Position numbers and translations under genes: made by a program
Shown here: one piece after another, positions 1 through 12,048 of the stretch
How the letters are laid out: each line of letters opens with the position of its first letter
Numbering within the stretch: position 1 is the stretch's first letter
Notes under the pieces: model-generated
The model's input: the letters and a program-made list of their open reading frames with translations, nothing else
Databases searched by the model: none
What the model was told of the DNA's origin: nothing
Assembly (NCBI GenBank): GCA_002269645.1
Contig: NIVC01000013.1
Span: forward strand, 806,001 to 870,000
Length of the DNA: 64,000 bases
DNA from: Macrostomum lignano
Taxonomy: Eukaryota
Reading direction: 5' to 3'

Positions 1-111
1 TGACTTTCTAATAGTCAGACAGGTACACTCTCTGTGCCCTCGAGGGTTGGCCTCCATAGGTGTGAATTCCACATCAACAGTCAAGCGAATTTTGTTCACA
101 AGTCCCAAATA
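1..111 (+). mobile_element. Partial copy (cut by the window edge) of a dispersed structured repeat also found at 33130-33245 (-), 55416-55546 (+) and 57419-57972 (+)
   Basis: tgactttctaatagtcagacaggtacactctctgtg...agtcccaaat aligns by eye with 55434-55546 (tgactttctaatcatcaggagtgtacactctctgtg...agtcccaaat). Confidence 0.8.
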
Positions 112-1094
112 AACTGTGGGAATCTACATTGCACAGGTTCGATGCAGTGCACTTCTAAATTAACTTTGAGCCAGTATGCGTTGAAGCGCATTTCCTGAAA
201 TTTTTCCATGCAGTTTCATATTTTTCGCCTGCAGACACAACAGAGAGACCCACTTAGCATAAAACTGAGTCCAATAGTTACATAATTTGATACACTCCTC
301 TTCTCCTTCCTCTAACTTTTTTACCGTTAGAGATTTCAGCATTTAGCTTGTAGTTCATGCAGAAATGCAGAAGCTAGAAATTGTCTAATCGATCGAACTG
401 ATCCCGAACTATAATATCACCAAACTGTGTCCCCGATCTCCCGGATCTTAACTTGTTCTGGACGCCAGAACCTGGACGAGCTAAAGCTGGCTCGTGGTAA
501 CAATGTGAATGATGCGTATTTAATAGGTCTCCAACCAAAGCGACATTATATGGAGAATGCCTCTGACTCAGCTACAGGCTCAGTTCATCCTTACTCACTG
601 GATGATAAATTGAGGCTCCTAGGGACTCGCAAGCATAAGCAAAGGAGACCTAAGAGCTTAAATTGTGTCGCTCTCGTCCCTGTTGTTAAAGTCACTGTTG
701 CGAATAATAATGCGATTACGTCATCATGCCATCGGAAAGAGCCGCAGCGGGGGGGTTGAATTTCTCATTATTCACCGCCACTAGCTAAAGGCCTCTTGAA
801 GAAGATCTTCTATTTATTTTCTTTTTCTTGTCTCTGTGACAAGCCGCACGCAATGATGTAGGTAAGAGTGGCCTTGAGATGTAGTTAGGGTTCATTCCAG
901 GTCAGAATAGCCGGGTGTCGAATCCTGATCTTGGCGACAGTAGACCTGCAGACAGGCACGAAGGACAGATGCCTCAGCGCTGGCTGTAGGACGATGCTCA
1001 TAAGCCCTCCAACGAATATTTGTTGCTTATAAATCTATAATTTCCTAACTTTGAACCCTTTCATCACCAAACCCAAAATCTGTCCTCTCTTCAG

Positions 1095-1819
1095 CGCTTC
1101 GACGTCGCAAGCGGGAGCCGCCCGGCTGCCTAGCCCACTGCCTCTGCGTCAGCACTGTCCAAGTGGTGGAGAAGGACTCAGCCAACCAAGCTGGCAGCGG
1201 CGCCACTGGGGCAGGCGGCGAGGACATGTACGAGGAGGTTCTTCCTCGGATGGCTCGTCATCAGCCGCAACGCTCGTCCGTGCGCACGATGGAGACAACT
1301 TACATCGAGGCGCCAGGGATGCACCGGTCTCGAACGCTCCCGCCGGTTGTTGGTCAAACCCAAGCCAGTCTATACTACCTGCAGGGAGTGTCCGACTCAA
1401 TGTCGCGCATACTTTACGACGATGTGCCGCCAGCATCGTCGCGTCACAGTTCCCGACCGTCGAGTCCGTACGGACAGTTAATGTCTGGCCGGAACTCGCA
1501 TTCCCGCAGTTCGCTTCGCGGCGTTGGAGCCAAGCAGCAGCAGCTGCAGCAGCAGTTTGCTGGCGGCGGGGTGAACAACTCGGCCAACTCCATCCCGGCT
1601 GTTCCAGAAGAATCGACGCCGTTTGTAGCCGACGCCCAGCCCGAAGAAGACGATCAGGACAACGGGTCGGATTATTCGGGTGCAACTCGACTCGAGCTGA
1701 GCAGGATGATGCTGCGCAAGGCGGACACCCTGCTGAGGGAAGCCAACTCGTTGCTGAGAGACACAGCGCATGGAGACGCAGCAGGGGAGGGTGGCAACCA
1801 GCTGCACTCTGCTGACTAG
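1095..1819 (+). CDS. Probable 3'-terminal coding exon of a gene starting upstream of the window; low-complexity, likely cytoplasmic tail (LRRRKREPPGC...GNQLHSAD*)
   Basis: Pyrimidine-rich acceptor ctctcttcag at 1085-1094. Frame is open from 1097 to TAG at 1817-1819 and includes track ORF 1163-1819. GC-rich, codon-like island with a CAG/Gln run. No recognisable domain. Confidence 0.55.
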
Positions 1820-3029
1820 AGACCAGTTTCACTGACTAGCCTTCTGTACATACTGCACTCTTAAAACCAGCAATTAGCTTCAATGCTTTACGAACACATG
1901 GGCAAAAATCTGGTCTCGGCCTAACCAATCGTAATCATATTTAAAAAACGCGTAGACACTACTTACTGGAAAATTCGTCAGTAGTATAGTAGGGATATTG
2001 GGAGGTATATATTTCTTTCTATATTTAGTTGGTAGAAACAGCCATTGCATCGTCAGAAGCATATTCCAATTCAAGTACACTCGTACTCATTTTCGAGATC
2101 TGATAGACACTTTTTATTGTCGAATATCTGCTGCTATAAACTCTAGTAATCGTTCACTCAATGCAAACCTGTACAGACTTTACTTTGTCTTTTGTAACTG
2201 CTTTAATATACTTAGCTAAGTAAATGACCTCTGTTTGTAGCGATTAATTTTGTAATTAAACATTCCACACTGCTGCAGCTCCTCCATCCGTGTGGCGACT
2301 CAAATTTGCAATAAAACTCACAGCATTCCAATGAATATTTTGCTTTGCTGGCTGAGCCAAACCTCCTAACATTGTTTAATTTCAAGGGCGAGCATTTTGC
2401 ATTTTCTCTTTGTAAGGTCAGCTGCCACTCACCCGAGCAGTTGCAATTGCTATCAAATGTTCGCGATCCCAGTTCAAATTTTTTTTAGCTAATGTTTTTC
2501 TTAATCGCTCTATTCCTCTAATCGCTACTATAAGTAGCTTCTAGTTAGTAGTGTCAACAGTTTCCATGCAGTCGTTTTATAAACCCATTTCTGCCTGACA
2601 AATAAACCAATATATAGAAACACAAAGTATGCAATCTGTTTAAACAAAACTGGACTTAGAGTTTCAACAATTAGTCATTTTTGAAAGAAACAGGGACACA
2701 TCCGGATAAAATTGATTTATCCCAATTGGGGAGTTCGACAAGTAAAACATTTATACAGTTACGTTTCATTAAAACTGAATTCGCTATTTAATTTGACTGA
2801 AAGTACCTCGTGCTAGCCCAGTTAGCGGCTGCCACTTAGCTCAACTATGCAATGTGCCTAGTTACAATCTATACAGATAATGGATACGTTTGCTTTCACG
2901 GGCTTTAAAAATTGTTACAATTTGTTGCAATTGATGGAATTCGAAGTGGAAAAATGTTCACACATTTTTCTCATAGCTCTGACTGCCCTTCATTCACAAA
3001 GGAACTCACTCTTCAGCTCACTCGTGAGC

Positions 3030-3845
3030 TCACATATGAACTCATGAACTCACTTATGAACTCACTCGTGAACTCACTTATGAACTCATGACTCACTCAT
3101 GAACTTATGAACTCACTCATGACCTCATGAACTCATTCATGAACCCATGAACTCACTCATGAACTCATGAACTCACTCATGAACTCACTCATGAACTCAT
3201 GAACTCACTCATGAACTCGTGAACTCACTCATGAACTCACTCATGAACTCATGAACTCACTCATGAACTCATGAACTCACTCATGAAATCATGAACTCAC
3301 GCATGAACTCATGAACTCACTTATCAACTCACTCATAAACTCACTTATGAAATCATAAACTCACTAATGAAACCATGAACTCACTTATGAAATCATGAAC
3401 TCACTTATGAAATCACAAACTCACTTATGAAATCATGAACTCACTTATGAACTCATGAACTAATGAACTCACTTATGAACTCACTCATGAACTCATGAAC
3501 TCATAAACTCACTCATGAACTCACTTATGAAATCGTGAACTCACTCATGAACTCACTAACTCACTCATGAACTCACTCATGAACTCACTAACTCACTCAT
3601 GAACTCACTTATGAACTCACTAACTCACTCATTAACTCATAAACTAACCCATAAAGTCACTCATGGACTCATAAACTCACTCATGAGCTCACTCATCAAC
3701 TCATTCATGAACACACTTATGAACTCACTCATGAACTCACTCATGAACTCAATCATGAACTCACTCATCAACTCACTCATGAACTCACTCATGAACTCAC
3801 TCATGAACTCACTCATGAACTCATTCATAAACTTATAAACTCATG
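3030..3845. repeat. Degenerate minisatellite built from ATGAACTC / ATGAACTCACTC units
   Basis: Directly visible tandem repetition; explains ORF 3599-3838 (MNSLMNSL...). Confidence 0.95.
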
Positions 3846-4174
3846 AATGAAAGAAGAAAACCTGCACTGAACCCCCAAATTAGCATTTAAAAGTTGAAAG
3901 CAGGCAAAGTGGAAGCAGTATGGCAGCCTGATACGGTGCAAATGCCATAGCTACCTGATTGGCTGCGGGCCACAACGGGTCTCCGATAAAAAGCAGCGCC
4001 TGAATGCGGCTTGTATGAGAAATCAAAGAGCTCTCAACACATCTTTCAATACCCTTGAAACTTGAACAGAACTGCACAGAATAGCACAGCATAAAATAGT
4101 GATGCACCACTGCCTCTAGGACCCCTAGAGCTAATTGTTTCTGAATTGGTCAATAAAGCCCAGAGGGTGTAAAC

Positions 4175-4245
4175 ATGATCAGCAGAATCCTGTCCTTAGC
4201 TGTTTGTCAGACACTTCTCCTACTCGGAATTCTAGTCATCAATTC

Positions 4246-4286
<41 letters not shown>

Positions 4287-7200
4287 GCGACAATCATTTC
4301 CACCATGACAAGATAAGCAGCTTCCGAGCTGCAGCCAACAAGTCCCGGGAGAAGACTCTGATCCAGCGACTGGTGCACCGCTATCAGGACTTCGGCCTGC
4401 TTGGAAGACCAGTGCTCAACAGCTCAGATCAAATCACCATTGAGTTCGGTTTGGCCATCATTCAGATTCTCGATTTAGACGAGAATCGACAGATGCTCCG
4501 GACGAACTGCTGGCTGAGGTACACTTGGAAGGATCCTCTGCTCAATTGGGAATCTTGGTTAGCTAATGGCGAGTTCGAGAACATCACCCAGGTGAGACTG
4601 TTCCCATACGAGGTGTGGACTCCGGATATTAGATTGCACAACTTCGCAGACGAGAGACTGCTCGAGAAGCGGATGGCCCGAGTAGTGGTGTACTCAGACG
4701 GCACCGTGCTGTGGATTCCGCAGAGTCTGTTTAAAAGCACCTGTCCAGTGGAGATTCAGTACTTTCCATTTGACACACAGATCTGCTATCTGGAGTTCGG
4801 CTCGTGGACTTATGATATAACGCAGCTGAATCTCACCTGGTTCGGTTTTGAGGTGAGATTATTCCGAATTCTGAATAATGACCATCGCTCCATTAACTTT
4901 TTACCTCTGAGTATACTTCTCACTCTCTCCTGCCCACTCTCCTGCTCTCCTGCCCACTCTCCTGCTCTCCTGCCCACTCTCCTGCTCTCCTGCCCACTCT
5001 CCTGCTCTCCTGCCCACTCTCCTGCTCTCCTGCCCACTCTCCTGCTCTCCTGCCCACTCTCCTGCTCTCCTGCCCACTCTCCTGCTCTCCTGCCCACTCT
5101 CCTGCTCTCCTGCTCACTCTCCTGCTCTCCTGCTCACTCTCCTGCTCTCCTGCCCACTCTCCTGCTCTCCTGCTCACTCTCCTGCTCTCCTGCCCACTCT
5201 CCTGCTCTCCTGCCCACTCTCCTGCTCTCCTGCTCACTCTCCTGCTCTCCTGCCCACTCTCCTGCTCTCCTGCCCACTCTCCTGCTCTCCTGCTCACTCT
5301 CCTGCTCTCCTGCCCACTCTCCTGCTCTCCTGCCCACTCTCCTGCTCTCCTGCTCACTCTCCTGCTCTCCTGCCCACTCTCCTGCTCTCCTGCCCACTCT
5401 TTCATTCATCTTCTATCTCCCTCTCCCTTTCTCCATCTCACTCTGCCCTTTTCTATCTCACTCTCCCCTTCTCTATCTCACAATCCCTCCTTTGTCTCCA
5501 TCTCTCATCTATCTCTTTCCTTCTGTGCTTCGCTGTTTCCATCTCACTGATCTTCTCTGCATGTCTCACGACATCTCTGAAAGATTATTTATTGAACCAT
5601 TTCTTTACATTTCAAGTCTTTGCTGTGTTATGCATCAAACTGATGGCTTCATTTGATGACGTTGTAAACCAGCTTCAATTTTCCCCAGGAAGTTCACCCT
5701 AGAGATAATCTCATATGTTCATTCGTCATTCTACATGGGTAACACGAATACCAAATTAATTGCAGGCTGTCATAATCATGACACGATTACAGGAAATCAA
5801 AATCTATAATAAATGAACACAAAATCATGTTAGCTAAATAAAATTGACTCCTCTGCAATAGCACCCAGGCAGTCAGACAGTCAGGCAGTCAGACAGTCAG
5901 ACAGTCAGACAGTCAGACAGTCAGGCCAGTAGTTGCACACACGATAATTAAAGTTCTAACAGTGCTGACAAAGATTGATTAAAACTGACTAATTTTATCC
6001 GCGCTATCCGCCCCTGTCCTGACCCGGCTCCCGGACCAAATTTTAGCATCTAATTGTTAGGCCAGTCACACACACACAGAAATTCTCGCATGCTAACGCA
6101 CACCCACACCCACACACACGCCATGAGCCAAGTGCGCGGAATCCCACACGCTGCAGCCAGAAAGAGAGAGAGAAAAAAACGCTTGCAAACATCTAATTTC
6201 TTGCAAGCCTGCGCTAAAATGCCAGACTGAACCAATTATCTTTAGACTCCGTTGTCGCGCGCAGTGTTGAAACACAGAAAAACACAGAAAAAGCTACAAA
6301 AAACTTTTACTGTTTTACATACGACAAACGTGTAATTTTAAACTGTCGATAGTTCCCTTGGAGAGGAAAGGAGCATCAGGGGAAATCAGTCATAGGAGAA
6401 ACATTGACAAGAAAATTACAGACCTGTCTGGGGAACTCTCATGATTGCTCTGCTCCGGAGAGAGAACCAACTTCATCTCCTTCTAGCTAGGAGCAGCTTT
6501 AGAGCTCTCCCCATTCCTGCTGGATTAGCACATGCAGACACTGGTGCATTGAAGTTTGGCACCATAGACACTGGTGCATTATCACCCATAGACACTGGTG
6601 CATTATCACCCATAGACACTGGTGCATTATCGCCCATAGACACTGGTGCATTATCGCCCATAGACACTGGTGCATTATCGCCCATAGACACTGGTGCATT
6701 ATCGCCCATACACAATGGTGCATTATCACCCATAGACACTGGTGCATTATCGCCCATAGACACTGGTGCATTATCGCCCATAGACACTGGTGCATTATCG
6801 CCCATAGACACTGGTGCATTATCGCCCATAGACACTGGTGCATTATCACCCATATACACTGGTGCATTATCACCAATACACACTGGTGCATTTTCACCAA
6901 TACACACTGGTGTATTATCGCCGATAGACACTGGTGCATTATCGCCCATAGACACTGGTGCATTATCGCCCATAGACACTGGTGCATTATCGCCCATAGA
7001 CACTGGTGCATTATCGCCCATACACACTGGTGCATTTTCACCAATACACACTGGTGCATTATCACCCATAGACACTGGTGAATTGTCACCATAGACACTG
7101 GTGTATGAGTATTATCACACAGATACTGGTGCTCAGACACTAGCGTATGAGTCTCATGACTCATGACTGCTCATTCTTTGAAAATATGTGTAAAAATAGA

Positions 7201-10200
7201 AGCAACGCAATAAATAAACTAATGCCTTCGAATAAAATTACATTACACTCCGTTGCTACAAAGTCGCTTCGCTGTCACGCTAATTTGAATCACGCACAGT
7301 AATTTCCGTTTCAATTGACGGGCTTCAGAAATTGAAAGCAGCTTAATGCGGATGGCAGGTTCTGAAACAATTTCCTGTTCATGAAGGAACACCAATCGGG
7401 AACCGCAGAATTAAGTTTTCCAATAATTGAAATGAGATGATGCGAGTAAATCAGGCAATTCTAATGATGATGAAAAATAGTAAAAGAAAGATAAAAATTA
7501 AACCTGAATTAAATATAGAGATAGCTTATACTAGAAAAGTAAGATTTACCATTAGTCAAATCAGTTATATTAATCCTAACAGCAATGCCTCTGCAGAAGC
7601 TCACAAAATTTAATAATTCAAGTCAGGATGTCTACGAGAATATTGTGTAATTTTCTGAACCGAACAAGGCAGTTCTAATGAAACCGTCATTCATAGGTCA
7701 TGCAAGAGAAAAAAACTCGTGTTTGGCTGACATGGACACAACTTGGTCGGCTGTGCACTGCTTTCATCTTAGAAGCTCTAAAAGCTTAAGATTAGGCCTT
7801 GACAGAGAACAAGCTTTTTACACTTGCTGTGCAGTAGTGAGGCTTCTTTATGACCCCGCTGAAGTTGCGATTACCAAAATAAATGGTGAAAATTCTTAGC
7901 TTGTGAAAAAAAATCAGTGCGTATATTAAGAGACCTAACGGGTGCATTACTACCCATAGACACACAGGGGTGTACCACCCATAGACACACAGGGGTGTAC
8001 CACCCATAGACACACAGGGGTGTACCACCCATAGACACACAGGGGTGTACCACCCATAGACACACAGGGGTGTACCACCCATAGACACACAGGGGTGTAC
8101 CACCCATAGACACACAGGGGTGTACCACCCATAGACACACAGGGGTGTACCACCCATAGACACACAGGGGTGTACCACCCATAGACACACAGGGGTGTAC
8201 CACCCATAGACACACAGGGGTGTACCACCCATAGACACACAGGGGTGTACCACCCATAGACACACAGGGATACATCACCCATAGACACACAGGGATACAT
8301 CACCCATAGACACACAGGGGTACATCACCCATAGACACACAGGGATGCATCACCCATAGACACACAGGGATACATCACCCATAGACACACAGGGATACAT
8401 CACCCATAGACACACAGGGATACATCACCCATAGACACACAGGGATACATCACCCATAGACACACAGGGATACATCACCCATAGACACACAGGGATACAT
8501 CACCCATAGACACACAGGGATACATCACCCATAGACACACAGGGGTACATTTTAGTACCCATAGACACACAGGGATACATCACCCATAGACACACAGGGA
8601 TACATCACCCATAGACACACATGGATACATCACCCATAGACACACAGGGATACATCACCCATAGACACACAGGGATACATCACCCATAGACACACAGGGA
8701 TACATCACCCATAGACACACAGGGATACATCACCCATAGACACACAGGGGTACATTATTACCCATAGACACACAGGGATACATCACCCATAGACACACAG
8801 GGGTACATCACCCATAGGCACACAGGGGTGCATTACTACCCATAGACACACAGGGATACATCACCCATAGACACACATGGATACATCACCCATAGACACA
8901 CAGGGATACATCACCCATAGACACACAGGGATACTTCACCCATAGACACACAGGGATACATCACGCATAGACACACAGGGATACATCACGCTTAGACACA
9001 CAGGGTAAATTGCTACCCATAGACACACAGGGATACATCACTCATGGACACTCAGGGGGTTACATTACCACCCGTAGACACACAGGGGTACATCACCGAA
9101 GTACATTACTACCCATAGACATGCAGGGTTACATTTCTACCCATAGACACACAGGGGTGTACCACCCATAGACACACAGGGGTGTACCACCCATAGACAC
9201 ACAGGGGTGTACCACCCATAGACACACAGGGGTGTACCACCCATAGACACACAGGGGTGTACCACCCATAGACACACAGGGGTGTACCACCCATAGACAC
9301 ACAGGGGTGTACCACCCATAGACACACAGGGGTGTATCACCCATAGACACGCAGGTGCATATACCAGTCAAAGATATGAGATTCTGCAAAAGTTCTGCAA
9401 AAGTACAAATCAGCGATGGGTTGCTGGAAAACTGCGTAGCTATAATACGAGTAAAACGGTATTTCGAAAATACACTGGCTTTCTCGAATCAACACGAATG
9501 TTGCCCTAAAAATGGGACAAAAATGTTGTAGCCGAGGACTTCAGAAATTTAATTTCTCTTGGACCCGTGGGAGTTTTATAGCCATGGTTCCGCGTGCAAC
9601 AATTTAATATGAGATGAGTTGCAGAGACGAAAAGAAGAGAGGACAGTGGCGGCCCCCTTCCCAGCATTCGCCGATTCCATAAGCGAAAGCTAGAAAAAAT
9701 GAAGTCAAGTAAAAAACACGTTTTCAGATCTCAATTCCGGGTGGCTCACTAATAATCTCGACGCCTGTGCCAGCTAAACCTCGTATGAATGAGCCATGAG
9801 CTTCCGCGGGGACTCTCGCATTTCTCTTGTTGCAGTAAATTATTAATCAATTAATCACGTTTTGGTTGCATGTGCGTGACTGAAGCGATAATAGGGACTT
9901 TTTTACGTACGTAATTTCCATTCTTTCTCTCTTAACGTCTCTTCTATTGTTGCCCGACTGCATAGCGGGGCCAAAGTCGATTGATCCTGCTTAATACAGA
10001 CGCTCTCAAGTACTTGCGGGTTGTAATAATTTTGCCAGCTCTCTCGAGCACTGTTTCGATAGAGGTCATGGGTGCTTTCTAAACTACTACGCCACTACGG
10101 GAATGTTTAGGCAAATGTTGTCTGGTCACGCGACAACCGGTTTTCACTCATTTGTGTAGATTCACGTACTACTGCTAGGTCAAGGAGTAAAATAACTTTC

Positions 10201-11346
10201 ACCAACCACACTGACACTCTGCAGTACGAGCCGTTCAGCTACGAACCCAATCCGTACGTAGACTTTACCAACTACATCAAGAGCAACGAGTGGTACTCGG
10301 ACGGCCAAGACGAGTATCGAGTTCGACCGTCGCTACGCAATCGACAAATTCGGTCGCAGATCCGCTGCACTAACGTCACCTATCAGGACCCAAGCGGACG
10401 GCTGTACAATCGGACCTACAAGAAACTGGAGTACAAGATCCGCATGCACCGAAATCCGGCTTTCTACCTGTCAATCCTGGTCCTGCCCTGCATTCTGCTG
10501 TCATGTCTCACCTGGGTGATCTTCTGGCTGCCACCCGAGTCGCCAGCGAAGACCCAGCTTGGCATGAACATCTTCGTGGCATTTTTCATTCTTCTCCTGC
10601 TGTTAGCGGAGACAACTCCCAGCGCGGTTCGCACCTTTCCACTCATCGGCTATTTCTACTGCCTCAACATGATTCTCATAACGCTTAGCACCTTCCTGGC
10701 AACTATCGTACTTAATCTCTACTTTCGAGCCGAAAGTCAGGGACGCTTAAATCCAATTTTACGCAGATTAGTAGTCGAGGGCCTCGGCCGATTGTTCCTC
10801 GTGCGACAGTCGGTTCCTCTGCCGCCAGTGCGTTGCGAAGAGCTGGACAAGACGCCAACGCAGCCGCCGCAGTCGTTGTTGCTGGCTTCGGTGGCCGGTC
10901 TTCGTCGAGTGCCACCGCTTCGGCACAACAAATTCGACAACAGTGTTGCGGAGTCGGAGGCCGACTTCACAATCGGCTGCGATCAGCGACCTCCGGCCAC
11001 GGTGGAGGAGGCTATGTCCGGTCTGAAAGCAACCCCGGACCATTCGCCGATTTTGTCGCGACCCAGCGGCCCGTTGGAACGCGAGGTGCACGAGGTCAAG
11101 CGGCACCTGCGATTATACCTTGGCAGGCTGCGCGACAAGGAGAAGCGTAACCTCATAGCGATGGAGTGGCGAGCTATGGCTATGGTGCTGGACAGGGCCT
11201 TCTTCACGCTCTACACCCTGGCTATCCTAATCGCTGTGCTGCTACTCATTCCCAGGTCACATCCGGAGTCACTGGACCATTATGACCCAGCCGAAAGGCT
11301 GGACTGCACCCTCCCACCGCTGCCACAGCTGCCTAAGACTGTCTGA
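4175..11346 (+). CDS. Cys-loop ligand-gated ion channel, nAChR-like non-alpha subunit with an anion-selective-type M1-M2 linker (ACh-gated chloride channel-like); exons 4175-4852 and 10225-11346
   Basis: Signal peptide; WTPDI loop A region; Cys-loop CPVEIQYFPFDTQIC; loop B GSWTYD. Phase-0 intron gag|gtgaga (4853) ... ctgcag|tac (10224) joins the frames. Four TM segments, LPPESPAK before M2, EW-type MA helix and M4. No vicinal Cys-Cys in loop C. Confidence 0.95.
4925..5400. repeat. 20-bp minisatellite (ctcctgctctcctgcccact), ~24 copies, in the receptor intron
   Basis: Visible period of 20; a 60-bp higher-order pattern appears from ~5101. Confidence 0.95.
5866..5930. repeat. Short (CAGTCAGA)n microsatellite
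   Basis: cagtcagacagtcaggcagtcagacagtcaga... Confidence 0.85.
6535..7105. repeat. 24-bp minisatellite (catagacactggtgcattatcgcc), ~23 copies
   Basis: Visible tandem repeat; translates as (DTGALSPI)n in ORF 6441-7094. Confidence 0.95.
7941..9355. repeat. 25-bp minisatellite (catagacacacaggggtgtaccacc / catagacacacagggatacatcacc), ~55 copies
   Basis: Period 25 measured at 7961/7986/8011; two sequence variants arranged in blocks. Confidence 0.95.
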
Positions 11347-12048
11347 CTGACTGACTGACTGACTGACTGACTGATTGACTTAAGTGAGTGAGTGAGTGAG
11401 TGAGTGAGTGAGTGACTGACTGACTGACTGACTGACTGATTGACTTAAGTGAGTGAGTGAGTGAGTGAGTGAGTGAGTGAGTGAGTGAGTGAGTGACTGA
11501 CTGACTGACTGACTGACTGATTGACTTAAGTGAGTGAGTGAGTGACTGAGTGACTGACTGACTGACTGACTGACTGACTGACTGACTGACTGACTGACTG
11601 ACTGACTGACTGACTGACTGACTGACTGACTGACTGACTGACTGACTGACTGACTGACTGACTGACTGACTGACTGACTGACTGACTGACTGACTGACTG
11701 ACTGACTGACTGACTGACTGACTGACTGACTGACTGACTGACTGACTGACTGACTGACTGACTGACTGACTGACTGACTGACTGACTGACTGACTGACTC
11801 TCATTGACTGACTGACTGACTGACTGACTGACTGACTGACTTGAGTGAGTGGGTGACTGACTGACTGACTGACTGACTGACTGACTGACTGACTGACTGA
11901 CTGACTGACTGACTGACTGACTGATTGACTGACTGACTGACTGACTGACTGACTGACTGACTGACTGACTGACTGACTGACTGACTGACTGACTGACTGA
12001 CTGACTGACTGACTGACTGGACTGACTGACTGACTGACTTGAGTGAGT
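11337..12048. repeat. Compound (GACT)n/(GAGT)n tetranucleotide microsatellite, ~700 bp, starting at the receptor stop codon
   Basis: Directly visible; explains the antisense (SQSV)n ORFs. Confidence 0.97.

Noticed and set aside
4853-5656. Receptor ORF reads through the intron to 493 aa (possible secreted AChBP-like isoform)
   Set aside because: The open frame is explained by a stop-free C/T-rich minisatellite. Exon 1 ends before the last two ectodomain strands, so the product should not fold, and a good donor exists at 4853.
6441-9389. Repetitive ORFs (DTGALSPI)n and (MCLWVVHPCV)n
   Set aside because: Translations of intronic minisatellites; no splice or start context.
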